From Octopus sinensis (Eukaryota), in assembly GCF_006345805.1 (NCBI RefSeq), contig NC_043002.1, forward strand, positions 50,716,001 to 50,780,000: 64,000 nt of DNA, read 5' to 3'. How positions within the stretch are numbered: the stretch's first letter is position 1; each line of letters opens with the position of its first letter. The position numbers were made by a program, and so were the translations under genes. The notes under the pieces were generated by a model. That model did not search any database and was not told where the DNA came from. It saw nothing but the letters and a program-made list of their open reading frames with translations. This document shows positions 26,130 to 40,299 of the stretch, in pieces.

Positions 26130-26340
26130 TGAGCACGTAAGTGCAAAACAAGGTGAGAAAAAATAATACTAGAATACCAAAGGTAGAGTATGCTTCTATT
26201 AATGCAGAAAAGTTATCACAAAACTCTTACTCAGACTTTCATGTTTCCGTTCGTCTGACGGTTATGTTTACATCACAAATGTCGACAAACGGAACATTAA
26301 ACTCTGAGTAACAATTTTTATGATAATTGTGCTGCTTTAA
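26130..26340. repeat. Repeat with internal imperfect hairpin (26227-26311); related half copy at about 15160-15280
   Basis: ttactcagactttcatgtttccgttcgtc pairs with gacaaacggaacattaaactctgagtaa. Confidence 0.55.
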
Positions 26341-26421
26341 TATACATACATATATACATACATACATATATACATACATATTATATATGTACACACACAC
26401 ATATATATATATGTATATATA

Positions 26422-26484
<63 letters not shown>

Positions 26485-26636
26485 CTTGATCTTATGGTTG
26501 ATCTAGTAGCTGCAAATAGATACAGATAAATTTATTTCAGCCTAATTTTGGGGTTTGTCAGTGTACCGCAACATAGGATATAACTACATGCTCATTTAAA
26601 ACATTTATAAACTATACATGTATGTTTATATATATA

Positions 26637-27900
26637 TTAGAGTGGGCCTTATTTTTCAACTTTCTAAAAGTTTAGCTCCCACACCCACTATCCTGTTCCA
26701 ATATAAAAAACACCTATGTAAAAATTTAACTGAAGCGAACAACTGTAAAGCGACCCATATCGACCGTGAAATTTTGAAGTGTTCGCTCGGAAAGAAATTT
26801 TTCCAGATAAGAATTTTTATCTCTTATATAATTTTTTCTTAAATTAAAAACTTGTTTGAAGGATAAGTGGCAATAAATATAATGGGGAAGGCAACTTTCA
26901 AAGCTGGGGATAGAATGCTGGTATATACGCAAACACCTATTTTTCGCCGTCATTCAGTCGACGGTCAACTATGAGCGAGTGAGGTTGTGAGTTGCCTTCG
27001 TCCATTGAAAGAATTATACTGCACGTAATCGTAGTGTAGAGGAATAAAATATCAAGAAATATGCGTTAGTCGTACACAGTGAACTAATATGACCTGTCCG
27101 TGTCTGTAAATATAAGTTATTTGTAATAGCTTCTAAGCGCTCATTCATTTTGTTGTGGTGCATTATGATATAGATTTTCCCCTGACAAATTTGTAATACT
27201 GTGTTTATAAATTCACCGTTTTTATAATGTTATGTGTATTGTAAACTTATGTTTTGACCAAATATGAAGCTTTTGATGACTAATTCCATTTTTCTTTCAG
27301 AACTGTTTGTGCAGGTGCGAAGTGGCTTCTCTGACGTCTTCTTCCTAGACCTGTGAAATGGCATCATCTTCTTTAGGTAGTTCACCACACAAGTTAAGAA
27401 AAGATTTTCTTGTGACTCTTGTTGGCTCCATTTCCAATCAAATCATGGGAGCCAAACTACCTTCGAATCGGCATGTTTTAAGCGTTTTTTTCCCCTACAA
27501 TCTAAGAGTTGTAAATCTTACAACGAAGGAAAGTGCAGCATTAGTAATTTAGGAAGTTTCCAATTTTGTCAAAAAGCACGAATTCCTACCAGAAGAACTG
27601 ACCACTGCGTTCTATGAGGAATGGAAAGGTCTACAGAAAACTTTAACTAAAACTTCAGGCAAGGAAAAAAGAAAAAAGAAAACGTTTTGTGGTAATGATG
27701 CACGATCTCTTTGACATAGCTTATTCAGTTGCTTTGGGACAGATGAAAATTGAAGAGGATAAGAAGTCCTTAATGCTTCAGTACCAAAAATGTCGACAGG
27801 GTTCAATGGTTGGTGTAGATAAAAAACTAAAACACAAGGAAACAGTGGAAACTGTCAGGAAAAAAGATCTTATGAAGAAATGGGGCAACATTTTGCGACT
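26637..27900 (+). mobile_element. hAT-superfamily (hATm-like) DNA transposon, 5' part, decayed
   Basis: Terminus tagagtgggcc; broken ORF IMGAKLPSNRHVLSVFF...ESAALVI*EV...KARIPT...YEEWKGLQK...DLFDIAY...IEEDK..L..Q...RQGSMVGVD. Confidence 0.6.
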
Positions 27901-28134
27901 CATCAGTTTATAGCCTAGATCCAAGGCTCCTCCATTAGAATTTCAACAACATCAAGAGGGTAATTTTGTATGTATGTAAGTATACATGCAGATTTGTATG
28001 TTTTATTTTATGCATGTCTTATGCATATATTTCCATATCTAGACATGCTCATACATACTTAAATGATAAACTTCAAATTAGCTTTCAAATTTACATACTT
28101 AAATGATAAACTTCAAATTAGCCTTCAAATTAGC

Positions 28135-28740
28135 TTTCTCCTTTTTGCTTTTGAGAAACTTTATTTCTGAAGATTGGTATTTAGGCAGTGTGTTACATAT
28201 CCCAGGGCAACAATAATTACAGCTATATACCTGAACCTGTAATATGGATTGAGTAACTGCAGGTTTCTCAATATCTCAGCATAAGTTTTCTCCTTTTCAC
28301 TGATCTTTAGCTTTATGTTAATATCCACGGGGCGGCTAATTTCCACAACTGTATACAGTCTTTCTTCTCTATCCCAATATCAGGTCTATTGTGTTTACAT
28401 TTATATTGAGGTTTTAATGAGTGGTTAAGGCTTCTACTATACTGTGCAGATTTCATTATATAGTGTCCTAGCTACAACACCAAGCCTTATCAGTAGATAA
28501 TAACCTGATAGCATATTCGGAAAACTGCTTACGATGTGGGTGATATCTTCAGTGTTAACCCCACACAGACTGCATCGGTTGTCACATTTTACTGCTTTTC
28601 TTGCATCTCTATTTCTTTTGTGCATCAGGTATTGGTTAATATTTCGTGTTCCCGGAATGTATGTATATTTGTTTATTTATCTAATTATCTATCCAGCACA
28701 TCAAATGTATGTAATATGGATTTTCCTTGAAGGATAATTC
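28135..28740 (-). mobile_element. R4/Dong-type LINE 3' relic (CCHC knuckle and restriction-like endonuclease)
   Basis: CDNRCSLCGVNTEDITHIVSS...VVARTLYNEI and PVDINIKLKISEKEKTYAEILRNLQ...IIVALGYV. Confidence 0.8.
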
Positions 28741-29053
28741 AATCTGCGCAGAAATCAAATCGCTCACCGACAAGGTGGCGACTTCTTTTTGCTTGAGTCA
28801 AAAAAAATTCAGAAATTTGTGAATGAACGATTTAACACTTGAATATATGTCAGGTATGTATATACCTGAAATCATATAATGGATGTATATAAATCCTCAA
28901 TACAAGCTTTTATGTGATTATTCTTTTGATATGGCTGTAAATCTGCATGCACACATGTAACTGTGTGCATATGCTCATCTCAAGAAACAATGCATACACA
29001 CGCACACACACACACACACACACACAAATACACACATATATGCATATATACAT

Positions 29054-29133
<80 letters not shown>

Positions 29134-29134
<1 letters not shown>

Positions 29135-29296
29135 GCGCAGGAGCGGCTGTGTGGTAAGTAGCTCGCTTACCTACCGCATAGTTCCAGGTTCAGTCCCACT
29201 GCGTGGCACCTTGGACAAATGTCTTCTACTATAGCATCGGGCCGACCAAAGCCTTATGAGTGGATTTGGTAGACGGAAACTGAAAGAAGCCCGTCG

Positions 29297-29333
<37 letters not shown>

Positions 29334-29572
29334 ATATATATATATGTATATATATATATGTATATATTTATGTGTGTATGTATTTGTGAGTGTTTGTATG
29401 TCTGTGTTTGTACCCCCACCATCGCTTGACAACGGATGCTGGTGTGTTTACGTCCCCATAACTTAGCGGTTCGGTAAAAGAGACCGATAGAATAAGTACT
29501 AGGCTTACAGAGAATAAGTCCTGGGGTCGATTCGTTCGATCAAATGACTGATACAAATAAAAGGATAAAAGA
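29134..29572 (+). mobile_element. SINE family A, full length
   Basis: tRNA-like head ggcgcaggagcggctgtgtggtaag...ggttcagtcccactgcg with body and tail. Confidence 0.9.
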
Positions 29573-30039
29573 TTATATATATATATATATATATATGCAT
29601 ATATTCCAACGCATATATACGTAAATACTCCCACGAGTGTACACGCATATACTATTCACCCACGGTAACTTGTGAATAACGTAACACAGCTCAACATTTA
29701 TTTCTTCTTAACCCATTCTATGTTCTCTTTTAAATATGGTTCTTGACCAAATTAGACGTGATTAATTTCAGTGAAAAGGATTATGTTTCGCTAGGATTTG
29801 AAATATTATAACTGAAAAACTGACCGGGCAAAAGAAATGTCACAGTAAAATATGAGATTAAGCTTTGGAAAGTCACTCACAGATACAACTTCTAATCAGT
29901 ATCATTTTCTTTTTTTTATTGTTTGTTTGTAGTTACATTTAATTATCAATTAGAGCAACCTGATTCTGAAAAACTCGTCGAAATTAGATAACAGTTATCA
30001 AACTGGTGTGTAATATTGTCGAGATATTGTCCTGATATC

Positions 30040-30415
30040 ATATTTTTCTCTTTTTACTTGTTTCACCCATTAAAATGCGGCCATGCTGGGGCACCGCCTT
30101 GAAGAACTTTTAGTCGAATTTTTTAAAGCCTAGTACTTATCTTGTCGGTCTTTTTTGTCGAGCCGCTAGGTGTCGGGGCTGTAAACACACCAGCACCAGT
30201 GGTGGTGGGGCAAATGCAGATACAAAGGCACACACACATAGATATTTATACATACACACGATGGTCTTCTTTCAGTTTTCTTCTATCAAATCCACTTACA
30301 AGGCTTTGGTAGACCCGAGACTAGAGTAGAAGACACTTGCCCAAGGTGCCACACAGTTGATCTGAATCCCGAACTATATGGTTGGGAAGCAAACTTCTTA
30401 CCACACAGCAACAAT
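30040..30415 (-). mobile_element. SINE family A
   Basis: ggccatgctggggcaccgcc...agacacttgcccaaggtgccac. Confidence 0.8.
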
Positions 30416-30589
30416 TGTACCTATATGTTATTTTAAAATACATTTTCAATAATCATGCTTTCCTAGAATATTTAAATGAGAGGTTTTTAATTCTCTAAGC
30501 CGAATGAAAATGGGTAAGGCGGGTAAAAATGTGTCAAAACTGGTCAACTTCGAGAGTGATAACTGAGGGAGCAAACTGTAGCGTGTTTG

Positions 30590-30660
<71 letters not shown>

Positions 30661-30898
30661 GTGTGCATGTGTTTGTGAGCAAATATCTGTATATACATAT
30701 ACCCAGATTCATACACATACACTAACATGAACACATATATGTATACATAAAGTAAACAATAGGATTCGAAAAATAGTGATAAGCTGTATCGGCGATGGGC
30801 AAGTTGTAGAGCGAAAGAAATATACATACATACGTACATACATACATTTATATGCATACATATACATACATACATACATACATACATACATACATACA

Positions 30899-30934
<36 letters not shown>

Positions 30935-30954
30935 TATATATCATGAAAATCTCT

Positions 30955-31365
30955 CGATGCACTGCGAGTGTCGATTAGTCACTCTTCTGTGGAAGACATA
31001 CCACATATAATCAGCAACTGCGCCATTAAGTATTTCAGGTCCTACCTGTCATAGTGATATGAGGTTGCCAAAACAATGTACAATGTCATCTAGAGAACAG
31101 CCTGCTCTGCAGAAAAGAATAGAAGTTGCATCTATACAATGGAATACATACACACATATCAGTGCAAGGAATATAGATAGAATATACTCATCAAAACGTC
31201 CACCAAGTGCAAACGTAACAGATTTGACATAGTTACTTGGGAAATAGAAGAAAAGTCATGTACAGCCATAGTGGTTAATTGCCTTGCAGATATGAACATA
31301 TCTTCCAAAAGCTGAGATAAGGAGAATGTCTATGGAAAACTGAGTCGAAGCCCGTAACTACATAT
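30955..31365 (+). mobile_element. R4/Dong-type LINE 3' relic
   Basis: HSSVEDIPHIISNC...EVAKTMYN...IKTSTKCKRNRFDIVTW...CLADMNISSKAEIKENVYGKL; homologous to 28135-28740. Confidence 0.75.
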
Positions 31366-32358
31366 AAGTTTATATTCATAAAAATAGACATTAGTGCACT
31401 CACTTATGTTAGTAAATGCCTAAAATACAGTCGGAAGAAGGTAGGTCTTTTAAGCAAAGATATAGACTAAATAACACAAACCTTATAGATTGTATTTGTA
31501 AGTGGAGAAGTAAAAATATGCAAGACTTTCTTAAAGTTCGATATGTAGCAATTATCACTGTTGACATCCAGATTCCAAGCATGGAGCTTTGTTTCTTTGT
31601 TAGGAATCAACTCCTTCCTCCTAGAATGAACACTAATAAATAAAAATAAGAAAACATAGATACATGCATGACTACATAGATACATGCATATATATTTTGA
31701 AGGATTAATACAAACATTTATAAATGACACAGTGTATGTGAATGACATAGAGACTGAAGTGAAAGTAAAACAAATTCAGTATCCATATTATTCGAAAAAA
31801 AAATATTCATTTTATTTATTTCATGCAAAAAAGACTAATCGGTCGTACAACATACTGTCGCCCCATCCACATTCAAGAATTTTAATTTAAAATAATCAAT
31901 TTTCGTTCAAAGGAAATACACATTACTATATCTGTATATATATACAGACATACATTAATTGTCAGAGAATACCTGTGCAGAATAAAATTGGACGTAATTG
32001 ATTTTTCACTATCACTATTTTAAATACATCCACACACAGTCACTAATTTCTTTCTTTATTACTAAGCAATTTCCTTCTGTACGGAGTACGTATATTCTTC
32101 ATTATTACTAAATTTGAATTTTTTTAATGACAGCAAAAATTCACGTAATTTATGACCTCACTCTTGATGAAAGAGAATATTCACAATTACAAGAATTTCA
32201 GCAATTTAGCAGTACAACTGTGGCTTACGAATTGGGTGTACGTTTGTGTATAGATATATACTCACACTCGCACACATACATACATACACACACACACAAA
32301 CACACACACACGTACACTCATTTACCATTTTTACCCTACCTTTAGACTTACATACATA

Positions 32359-32446
<88 letters not shown>

Positions 32447-32757
32447 ATAAATAGATACATACATAGATATAGATAGATAGAAAGATAGATAGGTAGATAT
32501 GAATATATAGAAAATGATTAAATTGCGAAAAAGGTGGCAGACACCGGGTAAACAGACAGATATAAATGAGTGATTATATACATACATAATGTGGATGTTA
32601 GCGCTGGAAAAACCTGCTTTTCTCCCTGTTTCAGAAATCCATTTAAATTTTGGTAGTGCCAGAGGAAACTAATTAATGCTTACGATAGTATTCACAATAA
32701 TAAGATGTGATTCATCATTGTTAAGATTAATAACGGACGTCTATATATATTGCAGGT

Positions 32758-32844
<87 letters not shown>

Positions 32845-32928
32845 TAATAATAATGATAATAATAATAATAATAATAATATCAATGATATTAATAAGAACC
32901 ATAAGAGTAGTATTGATGATAATCCTAC

Positions 32929-32980
<52 letters not shown>
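32758..32980. repeat. (AAT)n/(GAT)n microsatellite
   Basis: Direct reading. Confidence 0.9.
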
Positions 32981-32981
<1 letters not shown>

Positions 32982-33355
32982 ACAGTTGCTAACAACTGAT
33001 AATGAAGACGTAACTAATGCTCTATGCATCAGACATCAGCTCCTGAGAAGGCAGCCGCTCATCATACATGGACAGAAAGCAATTACATCGCTGTTGCTGC
33101 GTAATCACAGATATCAACAGACGCAGGTCATTGACTGACGTGACCAATACAGAAGCGAGTCGTGTAATAGCTTTCCATCATCATGTGCATTTGTGAGTGT
33201 GGGTATGTGCGTAAGAGTGTATGAGTCTCTGTGGTGTGCGTACGCGCTCCTGTAATGACATACCCTCAAACACACACTCATAAACGTATGTTATATATTT
33301 ATATGGATATTTGTGTGTGTGTGTATATGTATATGCATGTATATATATGTGTGTG

Positions 33356-33410
<55 letters not shown>

Positions 33411-33414
33411 ATAT

Positions 33415-33446
<32 letters not shown>

Positions 33447-33611
33447 GTATGTATGTATATGTATGTATGTATGTGTACAAATGTATGAAAGGTATTGGTT
33501 TTCAGAAGACCCAAGGTATACATACACACACACGCACACATATATATGTATATGTAAATATACATGTATATATATGTGTGTATATTTATATACATACATA
33601 CATACATATAT

Positions 33612-34010
33612 TATTCTTTTACTTGTTTCAGTCATTTTCCTGCGGCCATGCTGGAGCAGTGCCTTAAAGGCTTTTTTAGTCGGACAAATGGATCCCAGGA
33701 CTTATTCTTTGCAGAACCTAGTGCTTATTCTATCGGTGTCGGTTGTCAAGCAATGGTGCATGAGGTCACAAACACAGGCACAAAGACACACACACACGCA
33801 CACAGTTTCCGTCTACCAATGCTATAGTAAAAGACACTTGCTCAAGGTAGCACGCATTACCACTGAAACCAGCTGTGTTGTTAGAGGTTAGCTACTTCTC
33901 AAATCACATGTTGTTAGAGGTTAGCTACTGAATAGCTGTGTTGTTAGAGGTTAGCTACTTCTCAAATCACATGGCTTCGGGTTCAGTCCTACTGCATGGC
34001 AACCTGGAGC
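33612..34010. mobile_element. SINE family A fragments (minus then plus) with a local 40-bp tandem duplication at 33871-33973
   Basis: Family A motifs; tgttgttagaggttagctact occurs three times. Confidence 0.7.
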
Positions 34011-34154
34011 TAGTAGCGCACCTTGCACTATCGCCCTGCGTCGACTAAAATCCCCTGAGTTAATTTGGTACGAGGAAGCACTGGAAGACATCCGTCGTAT
34101 ACGCTTATATATGTTTGTATGTGTGTTTATATATATATATATATATATATTTTT

Positions 34155-34400
34155 ATTTTATTTAGTTTCAGCTCACAAGCTGTGGCCATGCTGGGGCACC
34201 GCCATTTGGTGTTGCTACATGATTTTACTTCACGAATGCTTTTTAGCAAATGCCATCTGGTGCATGAGAGAGTTCGATGTAGCTGCCCTCATCTGCACCT
34301 CCTGCCGTGAAGTTGGTTCATCTGGGACTTATTCTTTGTAAGCCTAGTACTTATTCTATTGGTCTCTCTACAGGGACGTAAACACACAAACATCGGTACT
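34155..34400 (-). mobile_element. SINE family A 3' part
   Basis: ggccatgctggggcaccgcc and aagcctagtacttattctattggtctc. Confidence 0.7.
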
Positions 34401-34410
34401 ATATTTAAGA

Positions 34411-34629
34411 GATGAGGAATTATGTACATTATTTACATTATATACATTTGACGGATATTTGTCCTCATCTTGTTTGTTATTAACACTACGTTTCGGCTGA
34501 TATACCCTCCAGCCTTCACCAGGTGCCAGTACTTTCGATGTTTTTGTTATTGTTATTGTTGTTATAGTTCCTTGGGAAATTTTCGAACCTGGGTTCTCAT
34601 TCCTAAGATATTCTTCGATGTTGTTGTTG

Positions 34630-34693
<64 letters not shown>

Positions 34694-34777
34694 CATTATT
34701 ATTATTATTCAGGTCACTGCCTGGAATCGAAATCTGAATCTTGGAGCTAGTAGCCTACGCTCTTAACAACTACGGCG
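34411..34777 (-). mobile_element. tRNA-headed SINE-like element with a hammerhead-bearing tail
   Basis: Minus order: tRNA-like head 34777-34708 (gtagttgttaagagcg...tttcgattcc), (AAT)n, body, HHR 34527-34482, tail. Confidence 0.65.
34482..34527 (-). ncRNA. Minimal hammerhead variant (extra A; A6 mutated to G)
   Basis: GGCAC-CUGGUGA-A-GGCUG-gaggguauau-CAGCC-GAAA-CGUA-GUGUU. Confidence 0.6.
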
Positions 34778-34788
34778 TAATAATAATG

Positions 34789-34828
<40 letters not shown>

Positions 34829-35110
34829 TGATGATGATGATGATGATAATAATAATAATGATACTAATAATAATAATGATAATAATAATAATAATAACAA
34901 CAACAACAACATCGAAAATACCTTAGGAATAAGAACCCAGGTTCGAAAATTTCCCAAGGCACTATAACAACAACAATAACAATAACAAAAACATCGAAAA
35001 ATACTTTAGGAATGAGAACCCAGGCTGGAGGGTATATCAGCCGAAACATTGTGTTAACAACAAACAAGATGAGGACAAATATCCGTCAAATGTAAACAAT
35101 GTAAATAATA
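34778..35110 (+). mobile_element. Inverted headless copy of the same element; HHR 5' core deleted
   Basis: Reverse complement of the 34420-34700 body and tail; aggctggagggtatatcagccgaaacatt is joined directly to gagaaccc. Confidence 0.75.
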
Positions 35111-35204
35111 TACACGAACATCGGTTGTCAAGTGATGGCAGAGGCGGGGGACAAACACAGTTACACAAATAAACGCACATATACATACACACATACTCAC
35201 ACAC

Positions 35205-35237
<33 letters not shown>

Positions 35238-35543
35238 ATATATATATATATATTGGGTATGGTAGATGAGTTCAGCAAAAATTTAGATTCAGATGAATAT
35301 GGTGCTTAAATTGAGGTACCAGAACGTAGTATGGTATCACCCATATAATGTAAAAGTAAGGTGATTAAAATCAAAATAAGCAACAAGGATATCCAGAGAT
35401 AATGCAGTACGATCGTTTCATGCAACTCCATTTAATTGAACAATGGAATCATTACATCAATTTAAAATGTAGAGCAATCTTCAGCTGCACATAGACATAG
35501 AATTTAATCGAATTAGAACAGATGGAAACATTAGTACTATGCT

Positions 35544-35593
<50 letters not shown>

Positions 35594-35792
35594 GACGGGC
35601 TTTGGTCTGCTCGAGGCTATAGCAGAAAACACTCTCTGTCACGCAGTGGGACTGAACCCAGAATCGTGTGGTTGGAAAGCAAGCTTCTTCCCACATACCA
35701 CGCCTGCGCCCATATAAGTATATGCGTGTGTGTGTGTGTGTGTAAGTATGTATGAATATACGTATATATACATATATATGTATGTGTATATG

Positions 35793-35838
<46 letters not shown>

Positions 35839-36164
35839 TATGTGTGTGTATATATATATATATGCATACATATATTTATGTGTATAAGCATACATATATA
35901 CGTATATGCCTGTGTTCATAAATGTAAATCTTCGGAAGTGTGGTCGTATTTCTATATAATTATTTCTCTCATTAATCTCTCCTCTCCTGCATTAAAGTAT
36001 TTCAATCACTTTTGTTGTTCATCTCCATATGTAGCTACCTGCCTACTAACCTACCTACGAAGGAACTATCGAAGTAAACTAAGGTAAATGTCTTAATTTA
36101 TCAACCATCTAAACCACTTCTCAAACAATCTATTAATCAAATAAGAAAATTCATTTATTTACTG

Positions 36165-36330
<166 letters not shown>

Positions 36331-38174
36331 CTTTCTGTCGGGCTGTCTGTCAGTCCGCGTGTGTGTGTATCTTCGTTCTTGTCTCTCACCACTTGACAAC
36401 AAATGTTGGTTCGCTTCCATTGACGTAATCTACCTATTCGGCAAAGGATGTACTGTACACAGAACGTAGAGAGCCGGAAAAAATTCCTGCAAGACATGAT
36501 ATCCGAACTTGTAACGCATCCGTCAATCCACGAGCCTTAATAAGGATTTTCTAGATAGGCACAAGGCATGGAATTTTAGGTGCAACGGAAGTGTTGGTTA
36601 TATCGAATCTAGTATTTGAAAAAGTTCTGTATTTTATCGATTCCGGAAGCATGATGTAACAAAGTTGGCGTAAACGGTATTTGAAACCACAAATCAAAGG
36701 GGCGGGAAAATAACTTATTTTGTCCGACGCTGTAACGATTTCGCCAACCCGTTGCCCTTTCTCGTGACTAATGAAAGCAATAAGTATTATGTCTATATTA
36801 TCGATATTATAACCCCTAACAGATCCTCTAGTAATAGAGGGTGATACTATGACTAGGACCAGCTCCAATCCCTAACCAGTGCCATTGTAGCTAATAATAC
36901 CACTGCAACTGTAAACACCACCAACACCACCACCACAAATACATCTACCATCATCACCGTAGTCACCGCCACTGCCACGACAACGACATCGACGACGACG
37001 ACGACGACCACCACCACCACCACCACCACTACCAGCACCACCACCACCACCACCACAGTTACGGAACGATCAACATTACTGTCATTATCATGAATAGTGA
37101 TTACATCATTTATTGCTGGAATTCAAGTAGTGAGGTGTGCTTAGAAATGTGCATCGCCCTCTCCCTCTCCCTCTGTCGCTCCCTCTATCTTCCTCTTTCC
37201 CTTTCCCTCTCTCCCTCCCTCCCTCCATCCTTACCCTCTATTTGCCCCGTCTCCCTCTCTCCTCTTTCTCCCCAGCCGCCTTCCTTTCTCCCTCTCCCTC
37301 CCTCTTTCCCTATTGCTCCCCTCCCCTCCTTCTCCCATACTATCTCTTCCTCCCCTCTCTCTTTCTCACTGTATATATATATATCTATATATATATACTG
37401 TATATATAAATATATATATATATATTATATATATATATATATCTATATTTGTGTGTGTGTATGCGTGCGAGCATGCATGACTATGTGTGTACGCGTGTCT
37501 CGATATATATATACTTAAGTATTTTGCGTACATACATTCATAGACACATTTACACACACACACGTGCGCACACGCACGCACATATATATATATATACATG
37601 CACATACACATGTCATTGTACACGTATGTGTATATACGTACGTACGGACGTTTGTATGTATGAATGTATGTTTGCATGGCTTACAAGCACAGCACATATT
37701 TGGGTAAATAATATTTATCTGTACAAGGGAGAAAGACACATGTCGATAAAGCGATGCAGAGTTCAACAATATCACTCTATTGCACCATTGAATGTGACAA
37801 AATGCATAGCTCACATGCCGTATGTAACTATAATTAATGAATTTAATTTTAACATGGAACTCAAACGTTTCATTAGACATGAAATATAATTAAAATATTC
37901 TCGTCTCTTTCTTTCTTTCCTTCTTTCTTCGTTTCTCTTGTTCTATTTCGTTTTCGTTTTGTCCATTTGCATTGCTCTTCTTTCATCTATGTCCTCTTTC
38001 TATCTTTTATCATTCGCCTGTAATCCATTGTATCCCTTTCGTTTGGTTGTTTGTTTTAGTTGCCTTTGTTCATATTAGCTATGTCATTGTTTTACTGCTG
38101 AAGTATTTGAGTGGTTACATGCATATATCGTTCATAGAAAATCTTGCTTTTATATATATATATATAATATATAT

Positions 38175-38225
<51 letters not shown>

Positions 38226-38293
38226 TTGGAAATGGATACGTCGCGTTCAATTAAAATAATAAATAATATATAATACATATATATAAATTATAA

Positions 38294-38336
<43 letters not shown>

Positions 38337-38350
38337 ATATATATATAATA

Positions 38351-39066
38351 CACGCATGGGTTGAGGATGTTACCGACAGTGCAAATAAGATGAAATACGT
38401 AAGCAAACGAATTATGTACGCAAGCAATGGGAGAAAAAAAAGGAAAACAGCACAAGTAAACAACAGAGAAAAGAGCCTATATCAGTTGCTGGTTGTCTAT
38501 TTACTCCTCATTTCGGGCATTCAAAGACAGTTGCTCCCATAAATTCTAAAATAAAATTTAGGATTTACGGACGGTCAAAGTTGGGAACCAAAACATGACT
38601 GGAGACATAAAAAAGGAAACCGAACGAAAACAAACGTGGAGGCTCGTTAGACCAGAATGAGAGGAAAATAGTGAAGGCTGGGAGAAACATTTTTTTTGAA
38701 AAGAGAAAAGATAGAAGAAAAAAAACAGCGTTCACTATTTTCTTCTCATTCTGATCTAACGAGCCTCCATGTTTGTTTTTGTTCTGTTTTCTTTTTATGT
38801 CTCCAGTCATAGTTTTGTTCACAACTTTGACCCTCTATAAATCCTAAGTTTTATTTAAGAATTTATAGGAGCAACTGCCTTTGAAGATTCATTTTGTCGT
38901 TGAATGCGCGAAATGAGGAGTAGATAGGCTACCGTCAACTGATGAAGGGTCCTTTCTCTGTATTTACTTGTCCTGTTTTCCTTTTTTTCTCGCTTTTTAC
39001 GTATTTAATTCATTTGTTTATGTATTTCATGTTATTTGCACCCTCGGTAACGTCCTGTACCCATAC
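38351..39066. mobile_element. Diverged inverted repeat of about 330-bp pLTR-like arms with a 45-bp spacer
   Basis: 38351-38680 vs 38726-39066; HHR core words in each arm; shared end motif cgtcctgtacccat. Confidence 0.75.
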
Positions 39067-39135
39067 ATGCATGCACACACACACACACACCACACACACA
39101 CAACACACACACACAACACACACACACACCACACA

Positions 39136-39216
<81 letters not shown>

Positions 39217-40299
39217 GTATTATATATACATATATATGTATGTACGTATGTATGTAATATATTTGTCTGGATATGTATATATATATAACACAAAATTTTA
39301 AATGTGTTACAAAACTAGGTATACAGTTATGAAAAAAGAAAACACATACAATGCTCATTTATTTTTATCAACAAAAAAAAGTAACGATTATAATATTATT
39401 ATAGTAATGATAAATGTATCATTATGATTAATGACACTGAAAATATAAAAAAATGAGGCTATCTAATTTAATGTGCTAATAATTTTAATGAATTAAGTAT
39501 TACAACATTGATGTGATACTTACGGTGTACTTACTTTTGCAGCCTCTGTATTTGATTCTTTTGTCAGTATTGTATCAGTAAATATTCTCTTGCTGTTCTT
39601 AAGGCGGTTTAAAGACCATTTTGACCTAAACACACACGCAAGCACGTAGGCATGCATACACGCACGCACACACGCACACTCGCACACACATAAACACGCA
39701 CACACACTTGCAGACACACACATAAACACATATATACGTGTGTGCGTGTGTGTATATGTGTGTATATATCATATATATAATGCATATAACTGAAATATAT
39801 ATACGTGCTGAAATTTCGACTGAGGAAAATAGTGTTGCCTTGATGTTATCTTACATAATTACAAGAAACACGTGTATTAAATGCATTCATAAAAAAATCC
39901 CCCAGAAAAACTCAGCCTTTGGATTTGTGCATATTTTAATACTAGGACTCTGTGTGTAAATAAGTAGACATACTGGCACAAAATGAAGTGACCACAGCCA
40001 TACTCAGTATATGTTGTCTGTTCCTACGCTATGAATCATGCTTTAGCTTCTCAGACACTTCTACGGCAGCAGCACCACCACCACCACCAGCACCACCATC
40101 AATTAACTATTACCACCGTCTACCACATGATGATAATGATGATGATGATGATGATGATCATCATCATCATCATTATCGTCAGCATTTGTAATAGAAACCC
40201 CCAGTAACTGAAGATATGTCAGATAAGCAATTATTAGGTATGTCGGCGTTTGGTCTCTTTCAACAATTCTCATTTCACACAACACGCAGCTGCCTTATT

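Noticed and set aside
33871-33973. Repeat-spacer-like short direct repeats (also 28052-28131 and 46480-46535)
   Set aside because: Simple local tandem duplications; eukaryotic context, no unique spacers and no cas genes, so not CRISPR.
34708-34777. tRNA-like sequences (also the SINE heads at 29134, 52827 and 62876)
   Set aside because: No proper acceptor stem; they continue into SINE bodies, so they are not tRNA genes.
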